Positions 52,443 through 62,364 of a stretch of 64,000 nucleotides of DNA are shown here, one piece after another. The stretch is taken from assembly GCA_016432285.1 (NCBI GenBank), contig CP066682.1, positions 352,933-416,932 of the forward strand. Reading direction: 5' to 3'. The DNA comes from Candidatus Kaiserbacteria bacterium (GTDB lineage: Bacteria > Patescibacteriota > Minisyncoccia > Phycocordibacterales > UBA2100). The notes under the pieces are model-generated. The model saw only the letters and a list, made by a program, of their open reading frames with translations, did not search any database and was not told where the DNA came from. A program made the position numbers and the translations under genes. Numbering within the stretch: position 1 is the first letter of the stretch; every line of letters begins with the position of its first letter.

Positions 52443-53444
52443 TCACGAACGAGAGAGACTCTTCAAAACCTTGAGATACAAGTTTTCGACGATTTTTTCC
52501 TGTGCCTTGCCTGCTTTTACGTAGTGATCGAGGCCGGGCGCGGCGTTGATTTCGAGCACGACGTACCTGTGCGGTGTCTGCTCGATGCCGCCCTCCGTCA
52601 TAATATCGACGCCACAGAGCCGGAGCCCCATGTCCTTGGTGAGACGTATCGCGAGACGCTTCCAGCCCGGATGGATCGATTGCGTGACATCGACTGCATC
52701 GCCGCCGCTCGAGAGGTTCGCATTGTCGAGCAAGAAAATCCGCTCGCCGCGCGCGGGCACTGATCGCATCGAGCGTTTCTGCGCGCGCAACTTTGCTTTC
52801 ATGCGCGCGTCGTCGAGCTGTATGTTCGTGTCGCGGCTCGCGGCAAGAAAGGCGCGCGCTTTCTTGCGAAGAAGCTGCCCGATCGTCGATCTGCCGTCGC
52901 CGACGACGCTGAGGGGGATTCGCTCGTACGCGGAGATCACGTTCGTATCGAGCACCACGATGCGGTAGTCGCGGCCGCGCGCGAGTCGCTGCACCAGAGC
53001 CACGCGGTCGTTTGCGAAGACGTGCTTCAGCGCCGCTTTCAGCTCCCGATCGCTGCGAACCACGAGGACTCCCGTCCCGTGACTGCCGCTGTTGGGCTTC
53101 ACCACGAGCGGGTAGCCAATTTTTTTTGCGTAGGCAGCCGCTGCTTTGCCCGAGCGCTTCGACCGGAGGATTTTCGCGAAATCGTCGCGGAAAAAAGTTT
53201 TGCCCTCGATCGCCCTGTAGCCCATCCTTCGCATGAAGAAGGCCGCATAATCTTTGTCCTTGGCGATGTCGGACGAGCCCACTCTATTCAGGTCGAGCGT
53301 GTTGTACCGGAAGTAGCTCTTCCTGCCGTTTCGGAAAATGATTTGGCCAGCCACGCCCCATGTAGGCTCAAGCAGCACACGCGCGCCCACCTGCGGCGCG
53401 ATTTTCTTCAGCAATTTTCCGAGAAGCAGGCTCTCTTTTTGCAT
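52443..53444 (-). CDS. RimK-like ATP-grasp ligase (alpha-L-glutamate ligase / cyanophycin-synthetase-like)
   Basis: ATP-grasp motifs (YPLVVKPNSGSHGTGV..., VLEINAAPGL). Length 333 aa. Confidence 0.7.
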   Translation of the reverse strand: MQKESLLLGKLLKKIAPQVGARVLLEPTWGVAGQIIFRNGRKSYFRYNTLDLNRVGSSDIAKDKDYAAFFMRRMGYRAIEGKTFFRDDFAKILRSKRSGKAAAAYAKKIGYPLVVKPNSGSHGTGVLVVRSDRELKAALKHVFANDRVALVQRLARGRDYRIVVLDTNVISAYERIPLSVVGDGRSTIGQLLRKKARAFLAASRDTNIQLDDARMKAKLRAQKRSMRSVPARGERIFLLDNANLSSGGDAVDVTQSIHPGWKRLAIRLTKDMGLRLCGVDIMTEGGIEQTPHRYVVLEINAAPGLDHYVKAGKAQEKIVENLYLKVLKSLSRS

Positions 53445-53495
53445 ACCGTGGGCGCATCATACATCGTTGATTTTTTTCGCAAATGGCGTAGTATT

Positions 53496-56423
53496 ATGAA
53501 AATCATGGCCCATCGTATCGCGGTCTACCCATCGAAAGTGGGGGACGCGCGTGCCGAGGGGGTGCTCCGGTCCCTGAAAGCGGTTTTTCCCACAGCACAT
53601 CTTGATCGGGTCGCCAGTGTGGCGACCTACGTCGTTGAAGCGGCGCTCACCGATCGCGACCTGGAGGTGGCGGCCGTTCGGCTTACGAACCCGATCATCG
53701 AACACTCCTCGAGAGAATCCGTCGACGCACCTGCGGGGTACGCATTCGCGATCGAGATCGGCTACCTGCCGGGCGTGACGGACAACGTGGGCAAAACCGC
53801 GCGCGAGACGATCGAAGATGCGCTTTCAAAAAAGTTCAGCGGGGGCGAGGCCGTCTATTCCTCCACTCTCTATTTTTTCTTCGGTGATCTCACCAAAAAA
53901 GACGCGGAGGCGTTCGCGAAAGAGCTCCACAACCCCTTGATCCAACGCACTATCGTATATGGTAGTGGCGAAAAAGAATTTCCGATTGTCGTTCCTCGCG
54001 TTGATCTCCATGCGCCACCGGAGGCGGATCTAGTCGATCTCGACGTCGACGACGCAGAGCTCCTGCGGATCGGCAAAGAGGGAATACAAAACAGAGATGG
54101 CACAAGGCGCGGCCCGCTCGCACTTTCGGTGCGGGCGCTGAAGGTGATCCGCGATTATTTCAAACAGGAGGGCCGCAAGCCAAGCGATATAGAGCTCGAA
54201 GCGCTCGCACAGGCGTGGTCGGAGCACTGCAAGCACACGATCTTCGCCGATCCGCTCGACGAGATTGAAGACGGGATCTACCGCCGCTACATCAAAGGCG
54301 CCACGGAGAAAATCCGCAAAGAAAAGGGGAAGAGGGATTTTTGCGTATCGGTGTTCAAAGACAATTCCGGCGCGATCGCGTTCGACGAAAAATACCTCGT
54401 CACGCACAAGGTGGAGACGCACAACTCACCCTCGGGGCTCGACCCCTTCGGCGGCTCGGTCACGGCGATCGTGGGCGTCAATCGCGATTGCCTCGGCTTC
54501 GGGCTCGGCGCGAAGCCGATCGCCAATACGTACGGCTTTTGCGTAGCCGACCCCACCGATGCTACCGAGCTCTTTCGCGATAAAGAAAAAACACAGCCGC
54601 TTCTTCCGGCACGCCGCATACTCGAAGGCGTGATCGCCGGTGTGAACGCGGGAGGCAACCAAAGCGGCATCCCCACGATGGACGGCTTCGTGATCGCAGA
54701 CCCTTCCTACCGCGGCAAACCGCTCGTGTACGGCGGCACCGTCGGGCTCATCCCTCGTAAGAAAGGCTCGCGTACGTTGTATGAAAAAAAGGCCAAGGCG
54801 GGCGATTACATCGTGATGATCGGCGGCAGGGTCGGCCTCGACGGGATCCACGGCGCGACCTTTTCTTCAGAATCGCTCTCGTCCGGCTCGCCCGCGACCG
54901 CGGTGCAGATTGGAGATCCGATCACGCAAAAGAAATTCTCCGATGCGCTCGTGCGCGAGGCGCGTGATGCGGGACTCTACTCCAGCATCACTGACGACGG
55001 CGCGGGCGGACTCTCTGGATCGGTGGGAGAGATGGCGCGCGAGAGCGATGGAGCACTGGTGGATCTCGAAACCGTCCCACTGAAGTACCCGGGCCTCTCG
55101 CCGTGGCAGATCTGGCTCTCCGAATCCCAAGAGCGCATGACGCTCGCGGTCCCGAAATCGAAATGGAGCGCCTTCCAAAAAATCTGCGAGCGACACGACG
55201 TGGAGGCCACGCGCATCGGGGAGTTTACTTCCTCCGGGCGGTGCATCGTCCGCCACAAAGGGCAAACGGTGCTCGACATCTCGCTCGATTTTCTACATGA
55301 GGGCCGCCCGATCGAAGCACAAAAGAGCGCACGACCCGAGCCGAAATCGCTTTCGACACAAAAGCACGCCGACCTTGGCGAAGCGCTGCTCGATATGCTC
55401 TCTCGTCCGAGTATCGGTTCGATCTCTTTTATCTCGCAGCAGTACGATCACGAGGTGCAGGGCACGTCTGTCACAAAGCCGCTCCAAGGGAAAGGGCGCG
55501 TCAATGCGGAGGCCACTGTCTTGAAGCCGCTCGCGGAAAGCGATAAGGGAGTCGTGCTCGCGCACGGTATTGCGCCGTGGTACTCGAAGATCGACACGTA
55601 CGCCATGGCGGCCGCCGCGATCGACACGGTGGTGCGCAATGCCATCATCGCAGGAGCCTCGCGCGATTATCTCGCGATCCTCGACAATTTCTGCTGGTCA
55701 TCGAGCGATGCGCCCGAGCGCCTCTTCGAGCTGAAAATGGCGTCGAAAGCGTGTTACGACGTCGCCACCGCGTACGGCACCCCTTTCATTTCTGGTAAAG
55801 ACTCGATGTTCAACGACTTCCGCGGATACACGGCGGAAGGAAAGCCGACGCATATCGCCGCGCTTCCGACGCTGCTCGTCTCCGCCATCGGCGTGATCCC
55901 CAACGTGGAGAAAGCAATGACGATCGATCTGAAGCGAGTGGGGGACCTCCTGTATGTGGCAGGCGAGACCAACGATGAGCTCGGCGCTTCCGAGTATTCG
56001 GAGGCGGGCGACGTGCCGATTGTCGATACGAAGAAAAATGCGGCCGTCTACGATGCCGTGGCAAAGGCGATCGGAAACGGACTCGTGGCTTCTGCGATCG
56101 GCGTCGGCCGTGGCGGTCTTGCGGTCGCCCTCGCGAAATCCGTTATCGCAGGGAAACTCGGGGCCGCAATCGACCTCTCGAAGCTTGCGGGTAGAGCGAA
56201 AGGCGACGCCGAGAAGCTCTTTTCCGAAAGCCAGGGCCGCATTTTGCTTTCGGTACCACGCACTTCGAAAGCCGCATTCGAGAAAATGTGTCAAGGTGTC
56301 ACCGTGACAGAGGTCGGTGAGGTGCTCGAGGCGGCTTCGCTTTCCGTCGAGGGAGACAAGTCGATTGAGATTCCGCTCTCAAAACTCACCGAGGCATATC
56401 GGTCCTTCTTCAAAAAATGGTAG
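53496..56423 (+). CDS. purL: phosphoribosylformylglycinamidine synthase, PurS-like domains fused N-terminally to PurL (synthetase subunit); the glutaminase PurQ is separate
   Basis: aa 1-80 look like PurS (RIAVYPSKVGDARAEGVLRSLKA...NPIIE) and aa 90-170 are a second PurS-like module. An AIRS-type duplicated PurL body follows. Total 975 aa. The ORF-track N-terminal extension (53022-53495) is antisense to the RimK-like gene. The start ATG at 53496 is preceded by TAGTAT. Confidence 0.85.
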   Translation: MKIMAHRIAVYPSKVGDARAEGVLRSLKAVFPTAHLDRVASVATYVVEAALTDRDLEVAAVRLTNPIIEHSSRESVDAPAGYAFAIEIGYLPGVTDNVGKTARETIEDALSKKFSGGEAVYSSTLYFFFGDLTKKDAEAFAKELHNPLIQRTIVYGSGEKEFPIVVPRVDLHAPPEADLVDLDVDDAELLRIGKEGIQNRDGTRRGPLALSVRALKVIRDYFKQEGRKPSDIELEALAQAWSEHCKHTIFADPLDEIEDGIYRRYIKGATEKIRKEKGKRDFCVSVFKDNSGAIAFDEKYLVTHKVETHNSPSGLDPFGGSVTAIVGVNRDCLGFGLGAKPIANTYGFCVADPTDATELFRDKEKTQPLLPARRILEGVIAGVNAGGNQSGIPTMDGFVIADPSYRGKPLVYGGTVGLIPRKKGSRTLYEKKAKAGDYIVMIGGRVGLDGIHGATFSSESLSSGSPATAVQIGDPITQKKFSDALVREARDAGLYSSITDDGAGGLSGSVGEMARESDGALVDLETVPLKYPGLSPWQIWLSESQERMTLAVPKSKWSAFQKICERHDVEATRIGEFTSSGRCIVRHKGQTVLDISLDFLHEGRPIEAQKSARPEPKSLSTQKHADLGEALLDMLSRPSIGSISFISQQYDHEVQGTSVTKPLQGKGRVNAEATVLKPLAESDKGVVLAHGIAPWYSKIDTYAMAAAAIDTVVRNAIIAGASRDYLAILDNFCWSSSDAPERLFELKMASKACYDVATAYGTPFISGKDSMFNDFRGYTAEGKPTHIAALPTLLVSAIGVIPNVEKAMTIDLKRVGDLLYVAGETNDELGASEYSEAGDVPIVDTKKNAAVYDAVAKAIGNGLVASAIGVGRGGLAVALAKSVIAGKLGAAIDLSKLAGRAKGDAEKLFSESQGRILLSVPRTSKAAFEKMCQGVTVTEVGEVLEAASLSVEGDKSIEIPLSKLTEAYRSFFKKW

Positions 56424-56439
56424 TTTCACTGCGCTCACT

Positions 56440-57213
56440 ATGAAAAAGAAACCACATGTCATTCTATTTTCGGGATACGGGCTCAACACCGAGGACGAAA
56501 CCAAGTGTGCGTTCGAGTTGGTGGGCGCAACGGCGGACATCGTGCACATCAACGATCTCATCGCCGATCCGAAGTTGCTCGGGAAGGCGCAGGTACTCGT
56601 GATGCCCGGAGGATTTTCGTACGGCGACGATACGGGCGCCGGCAAGGCGTACGGCAACAGGGTAAAGCAGCATCTCAGCGGTGCGATCGAGCAGTTCCTC
56701 GCACGGGATACGCTCATGATCGGCATCTGCAACGGCTTCCAGATCATCACGAATGCGGGTTTCGTGCCGGGCGCGCTTTTGCAAAACGACTCGGGTCGTT
56801 ACAGCTGCCGCTGGGTCGACCTCGAAGTGACGGGCGAGAGTCCGTGGCTCACCGGAATCAAGTCGCTCAGCGTGCCGATCGCCCATGGCGAGGGGAAGTA
56901 TTTCGCGCCCCCGGAAACGCTCGCGCAGCTCAAAAAGGAGGGCGCGATCGCCCTCCGGTACGTGCGTGGGGAGACGGCGAATTATTTCGACATGCCGGAG
57001 AATCCGAACGGCTCGCTCGAGAATATCGCGGGTGTTACATCTCACGGTGGCCGCGTCCTCGGGCTCATGCCCCACCCCGAGCGGGCCGTGCGCTTCACGC
57101 AGCTGCCGCACTGGACCTACCTGCGGGAAGGATATGTCCGGGACGGCAAGGAGCTCCCCGCGGAAGGGCCGGGGCTTCAGCTTTTTAGAAATGCGGTACA
57201 CTACTTCTCATGA
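56440..57213 (+). CDS. purQ: phosphoribosylformylglycinamidine synthase glutaminase subunit PurQ
   Basis: Class I glutamine amidotransferase with GICNGFQ (catalytic Cys) and the His (HGEG). Trimmed from the ORF-track entry 56317 to MKKKPHVILFSG. Confidence 0.85.
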   Translation: MKKKPHVILFSGYGLNTEDETKCAFELVGATADIVHINDLIADPKLLGKAQVLVMPGGFSYGDDTGAGKAYGNRVKQHLSGAIEQFLARDTLMIGICNGFQIITNAGFVPGALLQNDSGRYSCRWVDLEVTGESPWLTGIKSLSVPIAHGEGKYFAPPETLAQLKKEGAIALRYVRGETANYFDMPENPNGSLENIAGVTSHGGRVLGLMPHPERAVRFTQLPHWTYLREGYVRDGKELPAEGPGLQLFRNAVHYFS

Positions 57214-57743
57214 ACAAACCACTTGTCGGCATCCTGATGGGCTCTGATTCGGATCTTCCGGTCATGCAGGAGGCGTTGAAGGCGCTTGAAGAATTCGGCA
57301 TTCCGTCCGAAGTGCACACGCTCTCCGCGCACCGCACGCCCGAAGCCGTCGTCGACTATGTGCGCAAAAGTGAAGCGGCAGGCTACAAAGCCTTCATCTG
57401 CGGTGCCGGCGGCGCGGCGCATCTTGCCGGAGTGGTGGCCGCACACACGACGCTTCCCGTGATCGGCGTGCCGCTGGAGAGCGCCAAGATGGGCGCCGCC
57501 GGCGTTGACGCGCTCTTTTCCACCGTGCAAATGCCGCCGGGAATCCCTGTTGCCACCGTGGCGATCAACGGCGCGAAAAATGCTGGAATTCTTGCCGCGC
57601 AGATAATCGGCGCGGGAGATGAGTCGGTGCGCGCGAAGGTAGTAGCGTACAAAGAAAAAATGGCGAAAGACATTTCGGCCAAAGATCTGGAACTTCAAGA
57701 GAAAGGTTTTAAGAAATATCTTGAAGACAAGGGGCTGATATGA
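57210..57743 (+). CDS. purE: N5-carboxyaminoimidazole ribonucleotide mutase
   Basis: [14 protein letters not shown]...SAHRTP...[10 protein letters not shown] is a canonical PurE. Its start overlaps the purQ stop by 4 nt. Confidence 0.9.
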   Translation: MNKPLVGILMGSDSDLPVMQEALKALEEFGIPSEVHTLSAHRTPEAVVDYVRKSEAAGYKAFICGAGGAAHLAGVVAAHTTLPVIGVPLESAKMGAAGVDALFSTVQMPPGIPVATVAINGAKNAGILAAQIIGAGDESVRAKVVAYKEKMAKDISAKDLELQEKGFKKYLEDKGLI

Positions 57744-58783
57744 GTATCAAGAAATCACTCACGTACAAAGTGGCGGGAGTCGATATAGATACGGCCAACG
57801 AAACCAAGAGCGAGTTGAAGGGAATTCTTGATACCGCTGATCAGCGTGTCCTCAACAGGGTGGGCGCGTTCGCCACGCTCTTCGACGGCCGCTTTCCCGA
57901 ATACGAGCATCCCGTGCTCGTTTTCAAGACCGAGGAGCCCGGCTCCAAGCAAAAGATCGCACTCGATCATGGGAGTGTAGAGACGATTTGCCAGGATTTG
58001 ATCAACCACCTCATCAACGACGCCATCGTCATGGGCGCGAAGCCGCTTTCGGTCCAGGACTGTGTCGTCTGCGGCAAGCTGGAGAAAGACGTGATCCTGC
58101 GGATGGTGAAGGCGCTCTCGGAGGCGTGCAAGGCGCAAGGCGCAGTGTTGACGGGCGGGGAGACCTCGGAGCAGCCGAGCGTCGTGCCGGCAGGCACCTA
58201 CGTTCTCACTGCGAGCATCGTGGGCGTCGTCGACAAAAAGAACCTGATCGACGGCTCCAAGATTAAAGAGGGAGACACCGTGCTCGCGCTCGCTTCGAGC
58301 GGTATTCACACCAACGGTTACTCGCTGGTGCGGAAGATCATGGAAACGGCTCCGGAGATTCTAAAAGAATCGATCGACGGCAAGCCCTTTATCGAAACGA
58401 TCCTGACGCCGCATCGGTGTTACTACAGCGCGCTCAAAGACCTGTTCGGCAACGACGGACTCGTCGGGCTCGCGCACATCACCGGGGGCGGTATCAAAGA
58501 AAATCTCAACCGCATTCTGCCGAAAAATCTTTCGTCCCGCATCGATCTCTCGAAGATCCGCGTGTTGCCGATTTTTAAGACGCTCAAAAAGTTCGGCAAT
58601 CTCGATGATGCGGATATGCTGCGCACCTTCAATCTCGGCGTCGGCATGATGGCCGTGGTCAAGCCGGAATATGCCTCCGAAGCGATTGCGCACCTCCAGA
58701 AAACCGGCATCGATACGTACGTGGTGGGCACCATTGCGGCGGGGGATGGGTCGGTCGCGACCGAAGGCGAGCTCACGTGGTGA
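57740..58783 (+). CDS. purM: phosphoribosylformylglycinamidine cyclo-ligase (AIR synthetase)
   Basis: AIRS N- and C-domains. Length 347 aa. Its start overlaps the purE stop. Confidence 0.9.
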   Translation: MSIKKSLTYKVAGVDIDTANETKSELKGILDTADQRVLNRVGAFATLFDGRFPEYEHPVLVFKTEEPGSKQKIALDHGSVETICQDLINHLINDAIVMGAKPLSVQDCVVCGKLEKDVILRMVKALSEACKAQGAVLTGGETSEQPSVVPAGTYVLTASIVGVVDKKNLIDGSKIKEGDTVLALASSGIHTNGYSLVRKIMETAPEILKESIDGKPFIETILTPHRCYYSALKDLFGNDGLVGLAHITGGGIKENLNRILPKNLSSRIDLSKIRVLPIFKTLKKFGNLDDADMLRTFNLGVGMMAVVKPEYASEAIAHLQKTGIDTYVVGTIAAGDGSVATEGELTW

Positions 58784-58817
58784 TTGACATCATAGTAAAT
58801 ATGATGTATACTCAAAT

Positions 58818-59753
58818 ATGACTGAAGTACTTCGAGAAACCAACTTCAACTTCCTCGGCGAAAAAAAGACAGGAAAGGTGCGCGACATCTACGAACAGCC
58901 GGACCGGCTGATTTTGATAACGACCGATCGCCACTCCTCCTTCGACCGCATCATTGCCCACATTCCTCACAAAGGGCAGGTCTTGAATCAGGTCAGCGCA
59001 TGGTGGTTCGAGCACACGAGGGACATCGTCCCGAACCATATTCTCGCCACGCCGGACCCGAACGTTACGGTCGGCAAAAAATACCAAACGGTGCCGGTGG
59101 AAGCCGTCGTGCGCGGTTACCTCACCGGCGTTACCGACACCGCGATCTGGACTCGCTACGAAAAGGGAATGCGTGATTTCGGAGGCGCGAAGCTCGCGAA
59201 CGGGCTCAAGAAAAATCAGAGATTGCCGCAACCGATTTTCGATCCGACGACCAAGGAGGACACACATGACCGCGCGATTTCCCCAGAAGAGATGATCGCC
59301 GAAGGGCTCATCACGAGGGATCTCTTTGAAAACGTAAAACAAACGGCGCTTGAGCTCTTTGCGCGCGGGCAGGAGCTCGCCGCAAAAAACGGTCTCATAC
59401 TTGTCGACACGAAGTACGAGTTCGGTCTCGACGAAAAAGGCGCGCTCGTTCTCATCGATGAGATTCACACACCGGATTCCTCACGCTACTGGATGCTCGA
59501 TACCTACGAGGACCGTTTCGCAAAAGGAGAAGAGCCGCAGTATTTTGACAAGGAGTTCCTTCGCCTGTGGTTTAAGGAGCACTGTGATCCGTACAAAGAC
59601 GCCGTGCTACCGGAGGCGCCGAAGGAGCTTGTGGAGGAAATGAGTCGCCGCTACATACAGATGTATGAGAAAATAACGGGGCAGGCGTTTCTGGCCGGCG
59701 CGGAGCCAATTATTTCGAGAATGGAGAACAATCTAAGAGAGTATGCCATTTGA
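58818..59753 (+). CDS. purC: phosphoribosylaminoimidazole-succinocarboxamide synthase (SAICAR synthetase)
   Basis: Long-form PurC, 311 aa. A TATACT box lies 5 nt upstream of the ATG (leaderless candidate). Confidence 0.9.
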   Translation: MTEVLRETNFNFLGEKKTGKVRDIYEQPDRLILITTDRHSSFDRIIAHIPHKGQVLNQVSAWWFEHTRDIVPNHILATPDPNVTVGKKYQTVPVEAVVRGYLTGVTDTAIWTRYEKGMRDFGGAKLANGLKKNQRLPQPIFDPTTKEDTHDRAISPEEMIAEGLITRDLFENVKQTALELFARGQELAAKNGLILVDTKYEFGLDEKGALVLIDEIHTPDSSRYWMLDTYEDRFAKGEEPQYFDKEFLRLWFKEHCDPYKDAVLPEAPKELVEEMSRRYIQMYEKITGQAFLAGAEPIISRMENNLREYAI

Positions 59754-61155
59754 TCAACTGACAGCAATCACACCAATCGACGGCCGCTACCGGGACGCGG
59801 CCTCGGGGCTTGCCGAGTATTTCAGCGAGTATGCGCTCATACGGGCACGGGTGCGCATGGAGTGCGAATACTTGATCGCGCTTTCGGAAACGCCCCACGT
59901 CGGCGTGCGCTCGCTCTCTGCCGAGGAAAAGAAACTACTCCAAAGAATGGCTGCGGTCTCGCTCGACGATGCGCGAGTGGTGAAGAAAATCGAGAAGGAG
60001 GGCTATGAGGAAATCCCCGCCACCAACCACGATGTGAAAGCGGTCGAGTACTTCCTCAAGAAACGACTGGCGGGCACCTCGCTCGTCGATCTTTCGGAGT
60101 GGATACACTTCGCCACCACCTCCGAAGATACCAACAGCATCGCGTACGGGCTTCTCCTGCGGGATTTTTTGGAAGGCATGTTCCTCGATTCGCTTGGCGA
60201 GATCGAAAAGCACCTCGGAGAGTACGCAAAAAAATATGCGGCCGCTCCCATGCTCGCGCGCACCCACGGCCAGCCAGCCACCCCGACCACCTTTGGCAAG
60301 GAGATGAAAGTATTTCTCAATCGTCTGGAGCGGCAAGTGGAAATCTTGAAGGCAGGCACGATTTTGGTGAAGCTCGGCGGAGCTACCGGTAATTGGAGCG
60401 CGCACGTGGCGGCAGCGCCCGAGGTGGACTGGATCGATTTTTCGCGGAAGTTTATCGAGCAGCTCAACGAAGCGGGAAAGGGCAAGCAGCATGTGGTCCG
60501 TCTCGCGCTCAATCCGTACACGACGCAGATCGAGCCGCACGACACGTATGCAGAGCTTTTCGATGCGGTGCGGCGTATCAATACGATTTTGCTCGATCTT
60601 TCGCAGGATTACTGGCGGTACATCAGCGACGGATGGCTCACGCAAAAGCCGAAGGCCGGGGAAGTGGGCTCTTCGACGATGCCGCACAAAATAAACCCGA
60701 TTGATTTCGAGAACGCCGAGGGCAATCTTGGCGCCGCCAACGCGCTCTTCGAATTCTTTTCCCGCAAACTCCCGATCTCGCGCTTGCAGCGCGACCTTTC
60801 GGATTCTACGGTCGAGCGTATCTTCGGCACCGCCTTCGCCCATACGGTGATCGGCTGGAAGGCCCTGACGCGCGGCCTCGGCAAGGTGGGAGTCAATGAG
60901 AAGGCGATGCTCGCGGATCTCCAGAAGCATCCGGAAGTGATCGCAGAGGCGATCCAGACGGTGCTCCGCAAAGAGGGAGTCGAGGTGCCTTATGAAAAAT
61001 TGAAAGCGCTCACCCGCGGCAGAGAAGTGACGCTCGAAGATTTCGCAGCATTTATCGACGGTCTCGACGTGTCCGCCGAAGTGAAGAAGCGCCTTAAATC
61101 ATTCGCTCCCGAAAGCTACATCGGCCTTGCCGAAAAAATCGCGAGGAGCGACTAA
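59743..61155 (+). CDS. purB: adenylosuccinate lyase
   Basis: Fumarate-lyase signature region (GSSTMPHKINPIDFEN). Length 470 aa. Its start overlaps the purC stop. Confidence 0.9.
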   Translation: MPFDQLTAITPIDGRYRDAASGLAEYFSEYALIRARVRMECEYLIALSETPHVGVRSLSAEEKKLLQRMAAVSLDDARVVKKIEKEGYEEIPATNHDVKAVEYFLKKRLAGTSLVDLSEWIHFATTSEDTNSIAYGLLLRDFLEGMFLDSLGEIEKHLGEYAKKYAAAPMLARTHGQPATPTTFGKEMKVFLNRLERQVEILKAGTILVKLGGATGNWSAHVAAAPEVDWIDFSRKFIEQLNEAGKGKQHVVRLALNPYTTQIEPHDTYAELFDAVRRINTILLDLSQDYWRYISDGWLTQKPKAGEVGSSTMPHKINPIDFENAEGNLGAANALFEFFSRKLPISRLQRDLSDSTVERIFGTAFAHTVIGWKALTRGLGKVGVNEKAMLADLQKHPEVIAEAIQTVLRKEGVEVPYEKLKALTRGREVTLEDFAAFIDGLDVSAEVKKRLKSFAPESYIGLAEKIARSD

Positions 61156-61553
61156 TCAACGTCGTCAGTCGGGGGATTTTCGGCACGCTCACGCGTTTCG
61201 TTAATTTTGTCGTGTAAGACACGCGCTATGGCGACGTAGTACGTGGGGTGCTGTTGCCAGACATGTTCCTCGCTGATCAAAATCATGTTGCGCAAATCCG
61301 CTATTTCATAGACCTTGAGTCCGACTGCGCGCTGCTGAATGTCCGTTTCCGAAATGACGAGCGGGTCTCCATTTTTATCGTGCAGAGATCCTATGAATTC
61401 GTACATTTTTTTAACGTGCGCAAGGAATTCCTTTTCCGTCGGGTAACGATCATAACCTTCATTGTCTCTCTTCACTCCCGAAGAGTCTGGAGACCGTTGT
61501 TTCCACGGGCCCTTGATGACGTTTTTGCCGGGGTCGAAAGAATCCTTGACCAT
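61152..61553 (-). CDS. hypothetical protein (133 aa), lower-GC gene at the distal end of the ABC operon
   Basis: Uniform ORF with ~50% GC in a ~62% GC background. No family recognised. It starts 19 nt after the permease stop and converges on purB with a 4-nt overlap. Confidence 0.5.
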   Translation of the reverse strand: MVKDSFDPGKNVIKGPWKQRSPDSSGVKRDNEGYDRYPTEKEFLAHVKKMYEFIGSLHDKNGDPLVISETDIQQRAVGLKVYEIADLRNMILISEEHVWQQHPTYYVAIARVLHDKINETRERAENPPTDDVD

Positions 61554-61572
61554 GCGCGAAATGATACCAAGG

Positions 61573-62364
61573 TTATTGCTTGAGCCCGAGGCCGGTACGG
61601 ATCAGGTACCAGTTGATCACCGCGAGCGCAAGGATGAGCACGCCAAGCACACCGACCGAAACGGCAAGCGAGATGTCGGCGATACCGAGGAAGCCGTAGC
61701 GGAAACCGTTGATGAGGTAAAAGAGCGGATTGGCGTAGGTGATCGCCTGCCACCAGGCGGGGAGCGTGTGCACGGAATAAAAGATGCCGCCGAGGTAGAC
61801 CAGGGGAGTGAGGACGAAGGTGGGCACGAGGTTGATGCCGTCGATTGTCTTGGCGTAGACGCCATTGACCAATCCCGCGAGCGCGAAGACGAGCGAGGTG
61901 AGGATCGCGAAGGCAAGGATGATCAGCGCGTTGTGGATGGTGATCGAGAGCCCCGTGAAAAAGAGCGAGATCGTCATCACGAGCGCGCCCACCAAGACGC
62001 CGCGCACGACGCCGCCTGCGATGAAGCCCGCGATGATAAGCCACGGCGGCATGGGGGAGACGAGCATCTCGTCGATCGATCGCATGAAGAATTTCGACTG
62101 GAAGAAGGTGAACGAGGAATTGGCATACGCGCTCGTTACGATCGCGAGCATGACGAGCCCCGGCACCACGAACTGCATGTAGTCGAAGCCCTGCATATCT
62201 CCAATGCGGGAGCCAAGCACCGTCCCGAAGACCGTGAAGTAGAGGGCGGAAGTGATCACGCTCGGCAAAAAGGTCTGCACCCAGATGCGGAACATGCGCA
62301 CCACGTCCTTGCGGAGCATGGTGTAGAAGGCGATCCATTTTCTGCGGGCAGGCATACCTGTCAC
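61573..62364 (-). CDS. ABC-2 type transporter permease
   Basis: 6 TM helices with the ABC-2 pattern. Length 263 aa. It is downstream of the cognate ATPase. Confidence 0.8.
   Translation of the reverse strand: MTGMPARRKWIAFYTMLRKDVVRMFRIWVQTFLPSVITSALYFTVFGTVLGSRIGDMQGFDYMQFVVPGLVMLAIVTSAYANSSFTFFQSKFFMRSIDEMLVSPMPPWLIIAGFIAGGVVRGVLVGALVMTISLFFTGLSITIHNALIILAFAILTSLVFALAGLVNGVYAKTIDGINLVPTFVLTPLVYLGGIFYSVHTLPAWWQAITYANPLFYLINGFRYGFLGIADISLAVSVGVLGVLILALAVINWYLIRTGLGLKQ

Noticed and set aside
53022-53495. N-terminal 158-codon extension of the purL ORF-track entry
   Set aside because: It is antisense to the RimK-like gene. PurS/PurL homology begins at ATG 53496.
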